Shown here piece by piece: positions 9,344-19,261 of a DNA stretch of 64,000 nucleotides. Under the pieces are notes generated by a model. The model was given only the letters and a program-made list of their open reading frames with translations. It searched no databases and was not told the origin of the DNA. Every line of letters begins with the position of its first letter. Position 1 is the stretch's first letter. Position numbers and translations under genes: made by a program. Source of the stretch: Patescibacteria group bacterium (GTDB lineage Bacteria > Patescibacteriota > Patescibacteriia > UBA9934); contig JBBTSM010000003.1 of NCBI GenBank assembly GCA_038064675.1, positions 191,212-255,211 of the forward strand, in the 5' to 3' direction.

Positions 9344-9359
9344 TGAGTGAGAGAAGCCT

Positions 9360-10631
9360 ATGTCTCGATTGATTCTGCACATTGATTTCAATTCATTCTT
9401 TGCGTCCGTTGAGGCGCAGGCAAATCCTTTTCTTCGTGGAAAGGCGTTTGCGGTTGCCGGCAAAGGCAAAGGGAGAATCGATCGCGAGGCAGGGGCGATC
9501 CAAGGAAAACGAACGTCCATCAGCGAGCTCTCCCATTCACGGTCGGTCGTCACCACCGCGTCGCGCGAAGCCAAAAAACTTGGTGTCAAAACCGCGATGA
9601 CAACGCACGAGGCGCAGCGCATCATCCCAAATCTCCCCATCATTCCCGGCGATCCTCGAAAGTACGCTGAGGTTACACATCGATTCCTCAAAATTCTTCG
9701 AACACACTGCGACGCCGTTGAGCAGTTTAGTGTTGACGAAGCGTTTGCAGATATTACCACCGTTGCCGCAGACAAATTTGGCGCGATTCTTCTTGCGCAA
9801 ATTCTTCGGTCGAAGATCGTCGAAACCATTGGCGAAGCGTGCACAGCGTCCATTGGTATTGGCCCGAATAAAGTTATCGCAAAACTTGCGAGCGAGCTTG
9901 TAAAACCAAATGGATTTACTTACGTCGATCCTTCCGAGGTGGAGTCCTTTGTTGCCGCGCGCGATCTTCGCGACATCTGCGGTATCGGCCCCCGGCTTGG
10001 CAAACGCCTCACCAACCTTGGCATCACCACCATTCTGCATCTTCGTGCAGCGCCGATGGATCGCCTCATCGCCGAATTCGGTCCGCACACCGCGGAGTTT
10101 CTCTGGAACGTTTCGCGCGGGATTGGCGATGATGTGGTTGTCGATTCCGAAGACGATCCAAAGTCCGTCGGTCATTCCTACACATTCCCCCACGGACTTG
10201 AAACCGATCAGGAAGTTCACGACAACCTTCTTGCACTCGCCGACATGGTTGCGCAACGTTTACGAAATCAGAATCTCTTCGCAACCCACGTGAGTCTCTT
10301 TGCGCGATACGAAGACGGCGGCGGATCCGGAACAAGCGCCCAGCTTCCAGAAGCAACCAACGACGGCCTCACACTCTTCGAGCACGGATTCCGATCGCTT
10401 CTTCCTATCATCGATCTCGATCGCGGCATCCGCCTGCTCGGAATCAGCGCAACGCACTTCGCGGAAAAGATTCCCTCCCTCATTCCCGAACACAACGAAC
10501 GCTACGATCGCTGTATTTCCGCCCTCGACCTCATCGCTAAAAAGTTTGGCACCGGCGCCTGGCACAGAGCAAGCACCCTGAATACGGTTTTCCTAGAACG
10601 AGTTAGTGGGTGGCATTATGATCATGAGTAA
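9360..10631 (+). CDS. dinB: Y-family DNA polymerase IV
   Basis: HIDFNSFFASVE, SVDEAF, SIGIGPNKVIAKLAS, KSVG little finger. Confidence 0.95.
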   Translation: MSRLILHIDFNSFFASVEAQANPFLRGKAFAVAGKGKGRIDREAGAIQGKRTSISELSHSRSVVTTASREAKKLGVKTAMTTHEAQRIIPNLPIIPGDPRKYAEVTHRFLKILRTHCDAVEQFSVDEAFADITTVAADKFGAILLAQILRSKIVETIGEACTASIGIGPNKVIAKLASELVKPNGFTYVDPSEVESFVAARDLRDICGIGPRLGKRLTNLGITTILHLRAAPMDRLIAEFGPHTAEFLWNVSRGIGDDVVVDSEDDPKSVGHSYTFPHGLETDQEVHDNLLALADMVAQRLRNQNLFATHVSLFARYEDGGGSGTSAQLPEATNDGLTLFEHGFRSLLPIIDLDRGIRLLGISATHFAEKIPSLIPEHNERYDRCISALDLIAKKFGTGAWHRASTLNTVFLERVSGWHYDHE

Positions 10632-10640
10632 TCTAATTTA

Positions 10641-10712
10641 GTCATCCCCGCGTAGGCGGAGATCCATCTTTCAACAACGAACACTCTGGATCCCCGCCTA
10701 CGCGGGGATGAC
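10641..10712. repeat. REP-like inverted doublet
   Basis: GTCATCCCCGCGTAGGCGGAGATCCA...TGGATCCCCGCCTACGCGGGGATGAC between convergent genes. Confidence 0.8.
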
Positions 10713-10728
10713 GGCTTCATAAAACGAG

Positions 10729-11187
10729 TTACAGAGAAACGGTCGGCGCGAATCTCCCCATCAGCTCCGCTTTCTCAAGAACATGGTCCGCCATTGCATC
10801 GATGCACTCGACTTTCGTTGCGCCCTCAGAAAGATCGAGAAGTATATCGATCGCATACACCGTAAAGAAATAGCGATGCTCCTTGTCCGGCGGTCGAGGT
10901 CCACCGTATCCAAGCTCACCCCGAGTTCCTTTGCCCCTGATTCCCTCTACGCTCCAATGTTCTGGAATATCGCAAACGTTCGGCGAAAGATTAAACACCA
11001 CCCAATGGTCCCACACCGGAATCCCCACAGCTTCTGGAATATCCGGATCATCCATCGTGAGCACAAGCGACACAGCCTCCTCGGGAACATCCTCAATACG
11101 CAACGGCGGATTCACATTCTCGAAATCCCTGCCATACTTTTTAGGGATCATTTCCCCATTTTCGAAGGCTAAGCTCGTAATCTTCAT
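10729..11187 (-). CDS. YbhB/YbcL (PEBP) family protein
   Basis: DDPD, WDHWVVFN, YGGPRPP..HRYFF. Confidence 0.93.
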   Translation of the reverse strand: MKITSLAFENGEMIPKKYGRDFENVNPPLRIEDVPEEAVSLVLTMDDPDIPEAVGIPVWDHWVVFNLSPNVCDIPEHWSVEGIRGKGTRGELGYGGPRPPDKEHRYFFTVYAIDILLDLSEGATKVECIDAMADHVLEKAELMGRFAPTVSL

Positions 11188-11198
11188 ATGTACACGCC

Positions 11199-11798
11199 TT
11201 ATTTTTTCTCTTTCGAAATGTACTGACCAAGCAATGCATCGGAAATACCCTTCATTCCCGAAACAGAACGTTTCGCGAACGGCGTATTACCAAAGACTTT
11301 TTCAAGATCTTCTGGAGTTCGTGACCTTGCCGCCAGAAGAAACGCTTCGGCTGGATACATTGGAAAATGAACGCCGTAGGCAAACGAGAACAATAATGCC
11401 CTTGGAATGTGATAATTATTCGTAACAATAGCCGCACTCAATTTCGAATACTTCGAATGCTCGGCTATCGCACTCATATTCCCCTCTGTGCTCGGCGCGG
11501 ACACAAGATATTCAACCGCGTCGCTGGAGACTCCGTAGTCGCAAATAAGCATTTGCACAATAGCAAATGCCCTGTTCACGACATCATTTTCACCAATCGT
11601 TTCATCTCCACCAGCTATATACAATTTCTTTGTAAATCCGAGCTCAAGGAGGCACACAAATCCCGCAAGCCTCAATTCGAAGTAATAATTATCTTCGGGA
11701 CTTCCTGAATATTTCGGTTTAAAACCGCTTTTCGTCTCTGCGCGTTCAACATTAAAAGCAAGACCGTAGGCAATATCAAACGTATGTTTCGCGTCCAT
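11199..11798 (-). CDS. YdcF/DUF218 family protein
   Basis: IAGG, STEGN, IVTNNYHIPRA. Confidence 0.75.
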   Translation of the reverse strand: MDAKHTFDIAYGLAFNVERAETKSGFKPKYSGSPEDNYYFELRLAGFVCLLELGFTKKLYIAGGDETIGENDVVNRAFAIVQMLICDYGVSSDAVEYLVSAPSTEGNMSAIAEHSKYSKLSAAIVTNNYHIPRALLFSFAYGVHFPMYPAEAFLLAARSRTPEDLEKVFGNTPFAKRSVSGMKGISDALLGQYISKEKK

Positions 11799-11908
11799 AT
11801 ATATTCACACTACCACCCAAGCCGCTCATCTCCAATCCCTGTATAAAACCAAATCGTTGATTGAATTCATGATCGCCGGGCCAACCTATTGCGACTCTCT
11901 AACATCAT

Positions 11909-12661
11909 TTATTTGATTTGCGCTCGAAAGTCCGCATCATTTTGATGAATAAAACTCCCAATGTCAGCGTTTTCAAGAATGTGATATCCACGCTGAATAT
12001 ACTGATCTTTTACTTTCACCTGACCTCCCGGCGATGCGGCGTTCAGTTCTTGAACGTGCAGAAGACTGTCAGTAGCAAAGGTATACATATACCAATCAGT
12101 CAAACCACCGTCTCTTTCATTTCCACAATATAGCCACAGTTCGGCATCGCTTAAATAGCGCTCAGCGCTCATATGATCAATTGCGCAATACACTCCGGTG
12201 TCAGTAGTTGACGACGCGAATAAACCAAACTGATGTACGGAGAGTCTATTGAAGCTTCTGATGATCTTTTGATCTTCGTATCTCGCCATACCAAAAATGA
12301 GCTCGTCACAATCTCCATCACATCCAAGATATTCCGATGAAATTTGTTCGAGCTTCGGTCTGGCCATGATATAAGCGATAGTGCCGTCCTCAATATCGCG
12401 GCAAAGATATCGAAGTTCAAAGCCAACGTTTATAAAATCCGTATTTCCGAAAAGCGCATCGTAAATAGACTGCATTTCTTCACCACTAGCCTCAACAGAT
12501 GAGGCGCATGGCCCGATCGCGCTCAAAGCGTCTTGAAAGTTCAGAGTGCTTTCACTCGATTCTCGGTAGCGCATCGCTGAGTAGACGCAAACGCCAACGA
12601 GAGCAGTTCCAACAATAATATTCGACTTCCACCGAGCAAAACGAGGCGACGATTTCTTCAT
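11909..12661 (-). CDS. Hypothetical Cys-containing exported protein
   Basis: N-terminal TM helix, AT-richer sequence. Confidence 0.65.
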   Translation of the reverse strand: MKKSSPRFARWKSNIIVGTALVGVCVYSAMRYRESSESTLNFQDALSAIGPCASSVEASGEEMQSIYDALFGNTDFINVGFELRYLCRDIEDGTIAYIMARPKLEQISSEYLGCDGDCDELIFGMARYEDQKIIRSFNRLSVHQFGLFASSTTDTGVYCAIDHMSAERYLSDAELWLYCGNERDGGLTDWYMYTFATDSLLHVQELNAASPGGQVKVKDQYIQRGYHILENADIGSFIHQNDADFRAQIK

Positions 12662-12672
12662 AAAATACCACC

Positions 12673-13932
12673 TCAAATCTCTTCTTCAATCTCCAACAAC
12701 CGATTGTACTTACACAATCGCTCGGATCGTGATGGGGCGCCGGATTTGATGAATTCGGCGTTGACGGCGACAGCGATGTCGGCAATGGAAGTGTCCGTGG
12801 TTTCGCCGGAGCGATGGGAAATGATCACCTTATAGCCATTTTCTCGAGCAAGTCCGATCGTTTCCATGGTTTCCGAAAGGGTTCCAATTTGATTTGGTTT
12901 GATAAGGATCGCGTTCGCAACGCCGGAGTCGATTCCGCGGTGCAGACGACGCGCATCGGTAACGAAAAGATCGTCACCGATGAGCAACATCTTTTTGCCA
13001 AGACGCTTCGTCATCTCTTCCCAATCTTCCCACGCGTCTTCCGCCAAACCATCCTCAATGCTTATCATTGGGTACTTCTTGCTCCACGCATCGTACAAGT
13101 CGATCATCTGCTTTGCGGTGCACTTTCGTTTGTCCGTGGAAAGCTCGTACTTCTTTGTTTTTTCGTTAAAAAACTCGCTTGCCGCAACATCAATACCGAA
13201 CCCGATTTCCTTTCCAAGTTTATATTTTGCCTTCTTCACCGCCTGCACAAGGTACTCAAGCGCAGACTCTGTTCGGCCAACGTCTGGTGCGTAACCGCCT
13301 TCGTTGCCAACATCTGTATCAAGCCCGTCGGCATGAAGCACATCGCCGAGCATATGGAAGATTTCACTTCCTGCTTGGAGTTTGCGTGAGAATGTGGAGA
13401 ATCCATGAGGAATGATAATGAACTCCTGCATGTCGAGATTCGTGTCTGCGTGCTGTCCGCCGTTGAAGACGTTCAAGAGCGGGGTCGGAAGTTTGAATTT
13501 CGATAGTCCGATATCGTAGGTTTCACGGAGGTACGCATACAACGGCATACGCGCGCGACGCGCGCCGGCGTGTGCAACTGCGAGCGATACGCCGAGAATG
13601 GCATTGGCACCAAGACGCTTTTTATTGTCCGTTCCGTCGATGATACACATCGATTCATCAATTCCTCGCTGGTCTGCAACATCGCGACGGCGAAGTGACG
13701 GACCAATGATGTCGTTCACATTACGCACTGCTCTCCGCACACCAAGCCCGCGGTAGCGCTTTTTGTCGCCATCGCGAAGCTCTACTGCTTCGTGAACGCC
13801 TGTTGATGCACCGCTCGGCACCGCCGCATGTCCACGCGTTCCATCGCGAAGCATTACCGACACATGCACCGTCGGGTTGCCGCGCGAATCTAAAATTTCA
13901 TGCGCGTGAATTGCATCAATGCGTTCAAGCAT
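12673..13932 (-). CDS. eno: Enolase
   Basis: ILDSRGNPT, VPSGASTG, SHRSGET, RSERLCKYNRLL. Confidence 0.98.
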   Translation of the reverse strand: MLERIDAIHAHEILDSRGNPTVHVSVMLRDGTRGHAAVPSGASTGVHEAVELRDGDKKRYRGLGVRRAVRNVNDIIGPSLRRRDVADQRGIDESMCIIDGTDNKKRLGANAILGVSLAVAHAGARRARMPLYAYLRETYDIGLSKFKLPTPLLNVFNGGQHADTNLDMQEFIIIPHGFSTFSRKLQAGSEIFHMLGDVLHADGLDTDVGNEGGYAPDVGRTESALEYLVQAVKKAKYKLGKEIGFGIDVAASEFFNEKTKKYELSTDKRKCTAKQMIDLYDAWSKKYPMISIEDGLAEDAWEDWEEMTKRLGKKMLLIGDDLFVTDARRLHRGIDSGVANAILIKPNQIGTLSETMETIGLARENGYKVIISHRSGETTDTSIADIAVAVNAEFIKSGAPSRSERLCKYNRLLEIEEEI

Positions 13933-13934
13933 AG

Positions 13935-14726
13935 TTAGTTCAGTGCGTACGTAATCGAAACCGTCATTTCAATGTCTTGTGATCCAACTTCCACCGAAGG
14001 TGCAACTGATGCCGACTTTGCGCTATCTGCTGCGAGCATTCCGTAATACGGCATTGGCGATCCTCCCTGGCTTTCGTTGTAGCTCACTACACGACCGAGT
14101 CTGCCACCCATCGATTTCGCGATACTTGCTGCCTGAACCTTCGCCTTTGCGATTGCTTCATCGCGAGCCTCAGCGATGGTTGCGGTTTCGTCATCAACTT
14201 CATATCGAATACTCGAAACTGATGTTGCGCCGTTCTTTGGGCCAACATCGAGCACGCTAGACGTAAGATCGGTATTCCGAATCTTCACCGTGAGCGATTG
14301 TGTCGATTGATAACCAGTGACTACCGCCGGGCTTACGTCGTAGTCGTACACTGCAGACGTATCAAACGACGATGTCTGGATATCTGCATCTGGAATGCCA
14401 ACGGCCTTAATCGCCTCTAGCACCGTGGTCATCGTTGTTGATGCGGCGTTCTGCGCCTCCGTCGCCGTAGCTCCCGTTTTCGTCACCGTCACATCTGTCG
14501 TTGCGATATCTGGAACAACGCTTGCTTTACCAGACGCGCTCACGGAAATCGTTGGCGCAGAAAGATCGCTAAACCCAACGCGCGAATATTCGCGCATAGT
14601 TTTCTTAATTTCCGCACCAGTCCACACAATGCCGTACACAATAAGAATCGCAAGGAGCACCGTGAACAACTTATTCTCATGCCATGATGGCCAGAAACTC
14701 GACCCGTCTTTTTCCCAAGAAGCCAT
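13935..14726 (-). CDS. SIMPL/DUF541 domain protein
   Basis: VSASGKASVVPD...ARDEAIAKAK..A..IA. Confidence 0.88.
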   Translation of the reverse strand: MASWEKDGSSFWPSWHENKLFTVLLAILIVYGIVWTGAEIKKTMREYSRVGFSDLSAPTISVSASGKASVVPDIATTDVTVTKTGATATEAQNAASTTMTTVLEAIKAVGIPDADIQTSSFDTSAVYDYDVSPAVVTGYQSTQSLTVKIRNTDLTSSVLDVGPKNGATSVSSIRYEVDDETATIAEARDEAIAKAKVQAASIAKSMGGRLGRVVSYNESQGGSPMPYYGMLAADSAKSASVAPSVEVGSQDIEMTVSITYALN

Positions 14727-14761
14727 AAAATGGTGGTTAGTTATAAAAAGTATAGCACTTC

Positions 14762-15913
14762 TCACTTCGCAAGCACCTCGAGCCCTGGCATCGCTTCCCC
14801 GCCCAAAAATGCGAGCATCGCTCCGCCGCCAGTAGAAACGTGCGTAAAGGAATCGGTGAGATCGAACTCCTCAAGGCATTCAACCGTCTCACCGCCGCCA
14901 ACAACACTCGTTGCCTTCGTATTTCTCGCGATAGCCTTCGCAATAGCGAGCGTTCCCACAAAACCATCTTCGCGTTTTGGAATACCCATCGGCCCGTTCC
15001 ACACAATATGTTTCGCCTTCGCAATCGCCGCGCAGAATGCCTCAACGGTTGAAGGGCCAACATCGGGAACAAGGTTTTTGGTTACCACAAGATCGCACGG
15101 CAAATGGATCTTCTTTCCAAACTTCTTCGCAATAGCCTTCGCGCTCGCAACATCTTTCGCACTCGTGAATTCTGGAACATCTACCGGAAGCGATCCAACA
15201 TCAGCCTTCAGCATCGTGAGCGCCGTTGCGCCGCCAATAAGCATTGCGTCGGCATGCGAACCAAGATGCTTCATCAGTGGAATCTTTGTGGCAATCTTCG
15301 CGCCGCCAAGAATAAGCACAAACGGATGTTTTGGCGTCATCGACAATGCCCGTACTTCGCGGACGACGAGCTCGCCAGCAAAACTTGGAAGATACGACGT
15401 GATCGCCGCGATAGACGCGTGCTTCCGATGACAGACGCTGAAGGCGTCGTTCACATACACGTCACCGAGCGCAGCAAGACGTCTTGCAAAATCGGCGCTA
15501 TTCTTTTCTTCACCTTTATCAAATCGAAGATTTTCCAACATGACGATCGATCCCGGAGCCATGCGGTCGATAACACGCGCAGCCTCGTCGCCAACCGCGT
15601 GCGGAATGAACCGAACCGGATGATCAATGGCGCGAGCCAATGCTCGAGCAACCGGGGCAAGCGACAGTGATTTTACCAACTTTCCTTTTGGATCACCAAG
15701 ATGCGCGATGAGAACAATTCGCGCGCCACGAGACTGAAGCCGAGTGATTTCTGGAAGAATGGACTTCAAACGGTGCCGGCCGTGAATCGAAACACGGCCA
15801 TCGTTCATAGGAACGTTCGCATCAATGCGTAACAGCACTCGGCTGTCGCGAGGAATATCGCGAGCGGTCCACGAAGCAATGTTCTTTACCTTAAGGAGTT
15901 TCGTTTTTGCCAT
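14762..15913 (-). CDS. pgk: Phosphoglycerate kinase (divergent)
   Basis: RIDANVP, LENLRF, VNDAFS, GGAK, WNGPMG, HVSTGGGA. Confidence 0.93.
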   Translation of the reverse strand: MAKTKLLKVKNIASWTARDIPRDSRVLLRIDANVPMNDGRVSIHGRHRLKSILPEITRLQSRGARIVLIAHLGDPKGKLVKSLSLAPVARALARAIDHPVRFIPHAVGDEAARVIDRMAPGSIVMLENLRFDKGEEKNSADFARRLAALGDVYVNDAFSVCHRKHASIAAITSYLPSFAGELVVREVRALSMTPKHPFVLILGGAKIATKIPLMKHLGSHADAMLIGGATALTMLKADVGSLPVDVPEFTSAKDVASAKAIAKKFGKKIHLPCDLVVTKNLVPDVGPSTVEAFCAAIAKAKHIVWNGPMGIPKREDGFVGTLAIAKAIARNTKATSVVGGGETVECLEEFDLTDSFTHVSTGGGAMLAFLGGEAMPGLEVLAK

Positions 15914-17144
15914 ACACTGCAACGCCCTTTACCACGCGAACGAATGCGTTTCGCCACGGAAGGACAGAAAAGAAATATCGAGCATCGACAAATCGTCGAA
16001 GGATATACGCAGTATACCCCCAAATTGGAACGCCAAGCGCCCTGCCAACGGCGAACTTCCCTCCAAGTGCAATAAGAATGTCCCACGTCTTGTGCTGACG
16101 ATACATCGAGACCGGACGTTTCGTGATCATCGCGACAATATTTTTTGCAACAGTCATCGATTGCTCAACAGCGACTTGTGCAGTTTGTGGATCAGGAAAT
16201 TTCCCCTCTTTCACAAATGCAGCGTCACCGAGAACAAAGATGTCGCGGTATTCCAACGTTCGTAGTGCGTCGTCTACGAATATTCTGCCTTTCGGGTGCT
16301 TCTCGAATGGGAGCGATGCGACAATTTCTGGCATCTGTACTCCCAGCGCCGTAATACAATAGTCGCACGATACGGTCTCAATCTTCTCCGAAGGAATTCC
16401 TTTGACGATATGCTTCAGACCGACAGAATGTTCGGCAACATTCACAAGCGCGGTGTTCATTCGCAGAACAACACCAAGATCGCGAAGACGTGCCTGTGTT
16501 TTCTTTCGAAGAAACGGTGAGAGCATCTTCAATGGCTCGTCTCCGGAATCGATAAGCATCACTTCCACCGATCGAGGATTTAGCGCTCCCCGCTTCTCCA
16601 GTGCTCGAACCGTTGCCGCGCATTCTGCAGCAAATTCTGTTCCGTTCGCCCCTGCGCCAGCAATCACGATGCGTTGCTGTTTCACCGAAGCGCTTTGCAT
16701 GATATTCGAAAGCTCGGTTCGGATCATGAGTGCGTCACTCGTCCGCTTCAAATCCGTAGCGAATTGTTTTGCGCCAGAAATGCCAAAGTCATTCGATACG
16801 CTCCCTACCGCAATAACACAGATATCATACGGAATCGCCGATCCATCAGTGCACACGACGTTTCGTACAATGGGATCAACGGATTGTAGCGCGCTTTTCC
16901 GAAACCGAATTCCCGAAAACTGATCAATCATGATATCTGTTGCGCGAACAAGATCGCCCCGAAGCGAATCCTCGAGCAGCCCCCCAGACGCAACTTCATA
17001 CAGCCACGGTGTGTATACCGACGCAGATGATGGATCGAGAATAGTAATCGCGACACGATGTGAAACCGACGACCGCAGCAACCGGCGCGCCACGCTGAAG
17101 CCACCAAAACCACCACCAACAATGACCACGCGTGTTTGAGTCAT
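15891..17144 (-). CDS. Type II NADH dehydrogenase-like FAD oxidoreductase
   Basis: GGGFGG, second Rossmann GAGANGTE, GD, P.TAQVA.EQ. Confidence 0.85.
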   Translation of the reverse strand: MTQTRVVIVGGGFGGFSVARRLLRSSVSHRVAITILDPSSASVYTPWLYEVASGGLLEDSLRGDLVRATDIMIDQFSGIRFRKSALQSVDPIVRNVVCTDGSAIPYDICVIAVGSVSNDFGISGAKQFATDLKRTSDALMIRTELSNIMQSASVKQQRIVIAGAGANGTEFAAECAATVRALEKRGALNPRSVEVMLIDSGDEPLKMLSPFLRKKTQARLRDLGVVLRMNTALVNVAEHSVGLKHIVKGIPSEKIETVSCDYCITALGVQMPEIVASLPFEKHPKGRIFVDDALRTLEYRDIFVLGDAAFVKEGKFPDPQTAQVAVEQSMTVAKNIVAMITKRPVSMYRQHKTWDILIALGGKFAVGRALGVPIWGYTAYILRRFVDARYFFSVLPWRNAFVRVVKGVAVYGKNETP

Positions 17145-17148
17145 ACGA

Positions 17149-17649
17149 TTATCCGAACAAAAACTTCACCACAGCATTCGGCTTTCGAATGTTTCCAAGC
17201 ACAATTGCATTCAATCCAAACGCATGACCCGCGCCACCAGCAGCAAACAACGCAAGAACCGCACTATAAATGATGTGTTCGTCGATGTAACCCATTGCCG
17301 TATTGCTCACAAAATGCGCAACGTAATACAGCGCCATGAGCACGATGCCAAGAATTGCCGCCGGGCGCACAAGCAATCCAACAATCAGCGCAATTCCAAG
17401 GCAAAGCAATCCCCACTCATTCACAAAATCGATGGCACTATTCCCTGCCAATGAGCGAAACCACTCCGAGAATGGACCCTCTGCTGTTGCAAGATACGTT
17501 GCAGCGCTCCATCCACCTACGGAAATCTTTGACCATCCGGCCGTAAGATACACACCCCCAAGGAGCACTCGAAGTGCAACGTACGCGACGCCAAAGCTCT
17601 TCTCATGCGTGGTCTCTGCAATTTTCCCAAGCTGCGATTGTGTACGCAT
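17149..17649 (-). CDS. DoxX/DoxD family membrane protein
   Basis: LRVLLG...GWSK, four TM helices. Confidence 0.85.
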   Translation of the reverse strand: MRTQSQLGKIAETTHEKSFGVAYVALRVLLGGVYLTAGWSKISVGGWSAATYLATAEGPFSEWFRSLAGNSAIDFVNEWGLLCLGIALIVGLLVRPAAILGIVLMALYYVAHFVSNTAMGYIDEHIIYSAVLALFAAGGAGHAFGLNAIVLGNIRKPNAVVKFLFG

Positions 17650-17650
17650 A

Positions 17651-18652
17651 TTACTTCACCGAGGATAAGCAAAGCTCAACAAGGCTATGCGAGTAGCCCC
17701 ATTCGTTGTCGTACCACGCAACAACCTTCACGAGGTTTCCATCAACGACATTCGTGAGCGAAAGGTCGACGGTTGCGGAATGCGGATCGCCAATAAAATC
17801 CGAGGACACGAGGGGCTCATCCGTTGTTCCAACAATCGGTGCGAAGCGCGGCGTTTTTACCGCCGCAAGAATCGCTGCATTCACCTCTTCAATCGTGACG
17901 CTCTTTTTTAAAAGGAATGTCATGTCTGAAAGCGACACCGTCGGTACCGGAACGCGAATAGACATTCCGTCGAACCGTCCTTTCAACGAAGGGATTGTTA
18001 ATGCAACGGCGATCGCGGCGCCGGTAGATGTTGGCACAATATTTTCTGCTGCCGCACGGCCCTCGCGCATGTCTTTCTTTGGCGAATCCACCAAAGCCTG
18101 CGACGCCGTGTATCCATGCACCGTTGTCATCATCGCCTTTTCGATGCCAAATGCTTCTTCGATAATCGCGGAAACTGGCGCAACGCAATTCGTGGTGCAC
18201 GATGCATTACTGAGAATGCCCGCCTTCTCCCCCTTCAGTTTTTGATCGTTCACGCTCATCACAAACGTTGGAACATTTCCGCCCTTTGCTGGCGCAGAAA
18301 TAATCACACGTTTCGCACCGGCCGCCAGATGCACGCTCGCCTTTTCCTCAGTAACGAACAGTCCAGTCGATTCAATAACAATATCGATACCCAAATCCTT
18401 CCACGGCAACTGCGCGGGATCTTTCTGCGCGAGAAGCTTGATGGTTCTTCCACCAATAATCAGCGAGTCGTCCGTGTGGCTTACATCCACATTCCACGTG
18501 CCGTAATTCGTGTCGTGCTTCAAAAGATACGCAAGCGTTGCTGCGTCGGTAAGGTCGTTGATCGCCACCACATCAAACTCCTTTTTCTCCCAACCCACCT
18601 TAAATACCGTTCGCCCAATCCGCCCAAACCCGTTGATAGCAATGCGAGGCAT
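17651..18652 (-). CDS. gap: Glyceraldehyde-3-phosphate dehydrogenase, type I
   Basis: INGFGRIGR, SNASCTTNC, WYDNEWGYS. Confidence 0.98.
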   Translation of the reverse strand: MPRIAINGFGRIGRTVFKVGWEKKEFDVVAINDLTDAATLAYLLKHDTNYGTWNVDVSHTDDSLIIGGRTIKLLAQKDPAQLPWKDLGIDIVIESTGLFVTEEKASVHLAAGAKRVIISAPAKGGNVPTFVMSVNDQKLKGEKAGILSNASCTTNCVAPVSAIIEEAFGIEKAMMTTVHGYTASQALVDSPKKDMREGRAAAENIVPTSTGAAIAVALTIPSLKGRFDGMSIRVPVPTVSLSDMTFLLKKSVTIEEVNAAILAAVKTPRFAPIVGTTDEPLVSSDFIGDPHSATVDLSLTNVVDGNLVKVVAWYDNEWGYSHSLVELCLSSVK

Positions 18653-18718
18653 AGATGGCGATATTTTAGCACGAAACACAAAACCGAGCCCTGAGGCTCG
18701 GTGATGTGATCGTATAAG

Positions 18719-19178
18719 CTATCTCTCTTCTGGAAGTGATTGATTGTACTCATCGATTGCAGCCTTCGAATTTTCGTCCCCGAATCCATCAATATTTTCA
18801 ATAAATATTGAATCCCCCCTAAAGTGCACTTTCGCGAGAAACTCTCCGAATTGTCCCCGTACTGGAGCCGACCTCTGTGCGGCAGAGAACCACTGTAGAT
18901 CCAAGTGCGCCCAAAGCCTCGAAAGCAGACACAGGGAAGACGCCGCCTCAAGACTCTTACACGCCTTTGGGCGCAAATCATAATGCGCACAGCGCCCAGA
19001 CACTGGATTGAAAAAAACACAGTGACCATGATCTTTTTTTTAAGGCCCCGTCCTCAACAACCTCCGCAGGCATTTTCGCCAACTCAGTCTTTAGCAACGG
19101 CGGCCCCTCGTCTAGGCAGCACACTCCGCAACCGTCGCAGGACACAGGCTTCATCGGCATCGGCATTCTTTCGATCAT
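18719..19178 (-). pseudogene. YkgJ-family Cys-cluster protein split by a +1 frameshift
   Basis: CDGCGVCC in one frame and GHCVFF..SGRCAHYDLRPKAC in another, joined at an A8 run (19034-19041). Confidence 0.75.
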
Positions 19179-19216
19179 ATATCCGCAATATTGTTGGTTC
19201 ATCGAGAAGTATACTA

Positions 19217-19259
19217 AAAGCACAAACGAGCCGCGAACGGCTCGTTTGTGTTTTTTTTT
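19217..19259. terminator. Terminator after tsf
   Basis: cacaaacgagccg-cgaa-cggctcgtttgtg flanked by A/T tracts. Confidence 0.8.
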
Positions 19260-19261
19260 CC

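Noticed and set aside
19030-19041. Programmed -1 frameshift at A_AAA_AAG in the YkgJ gene
   Set aside because: The conserved C-terminal motif needs a +1 shift; the -1 frame gives no recognisable protein
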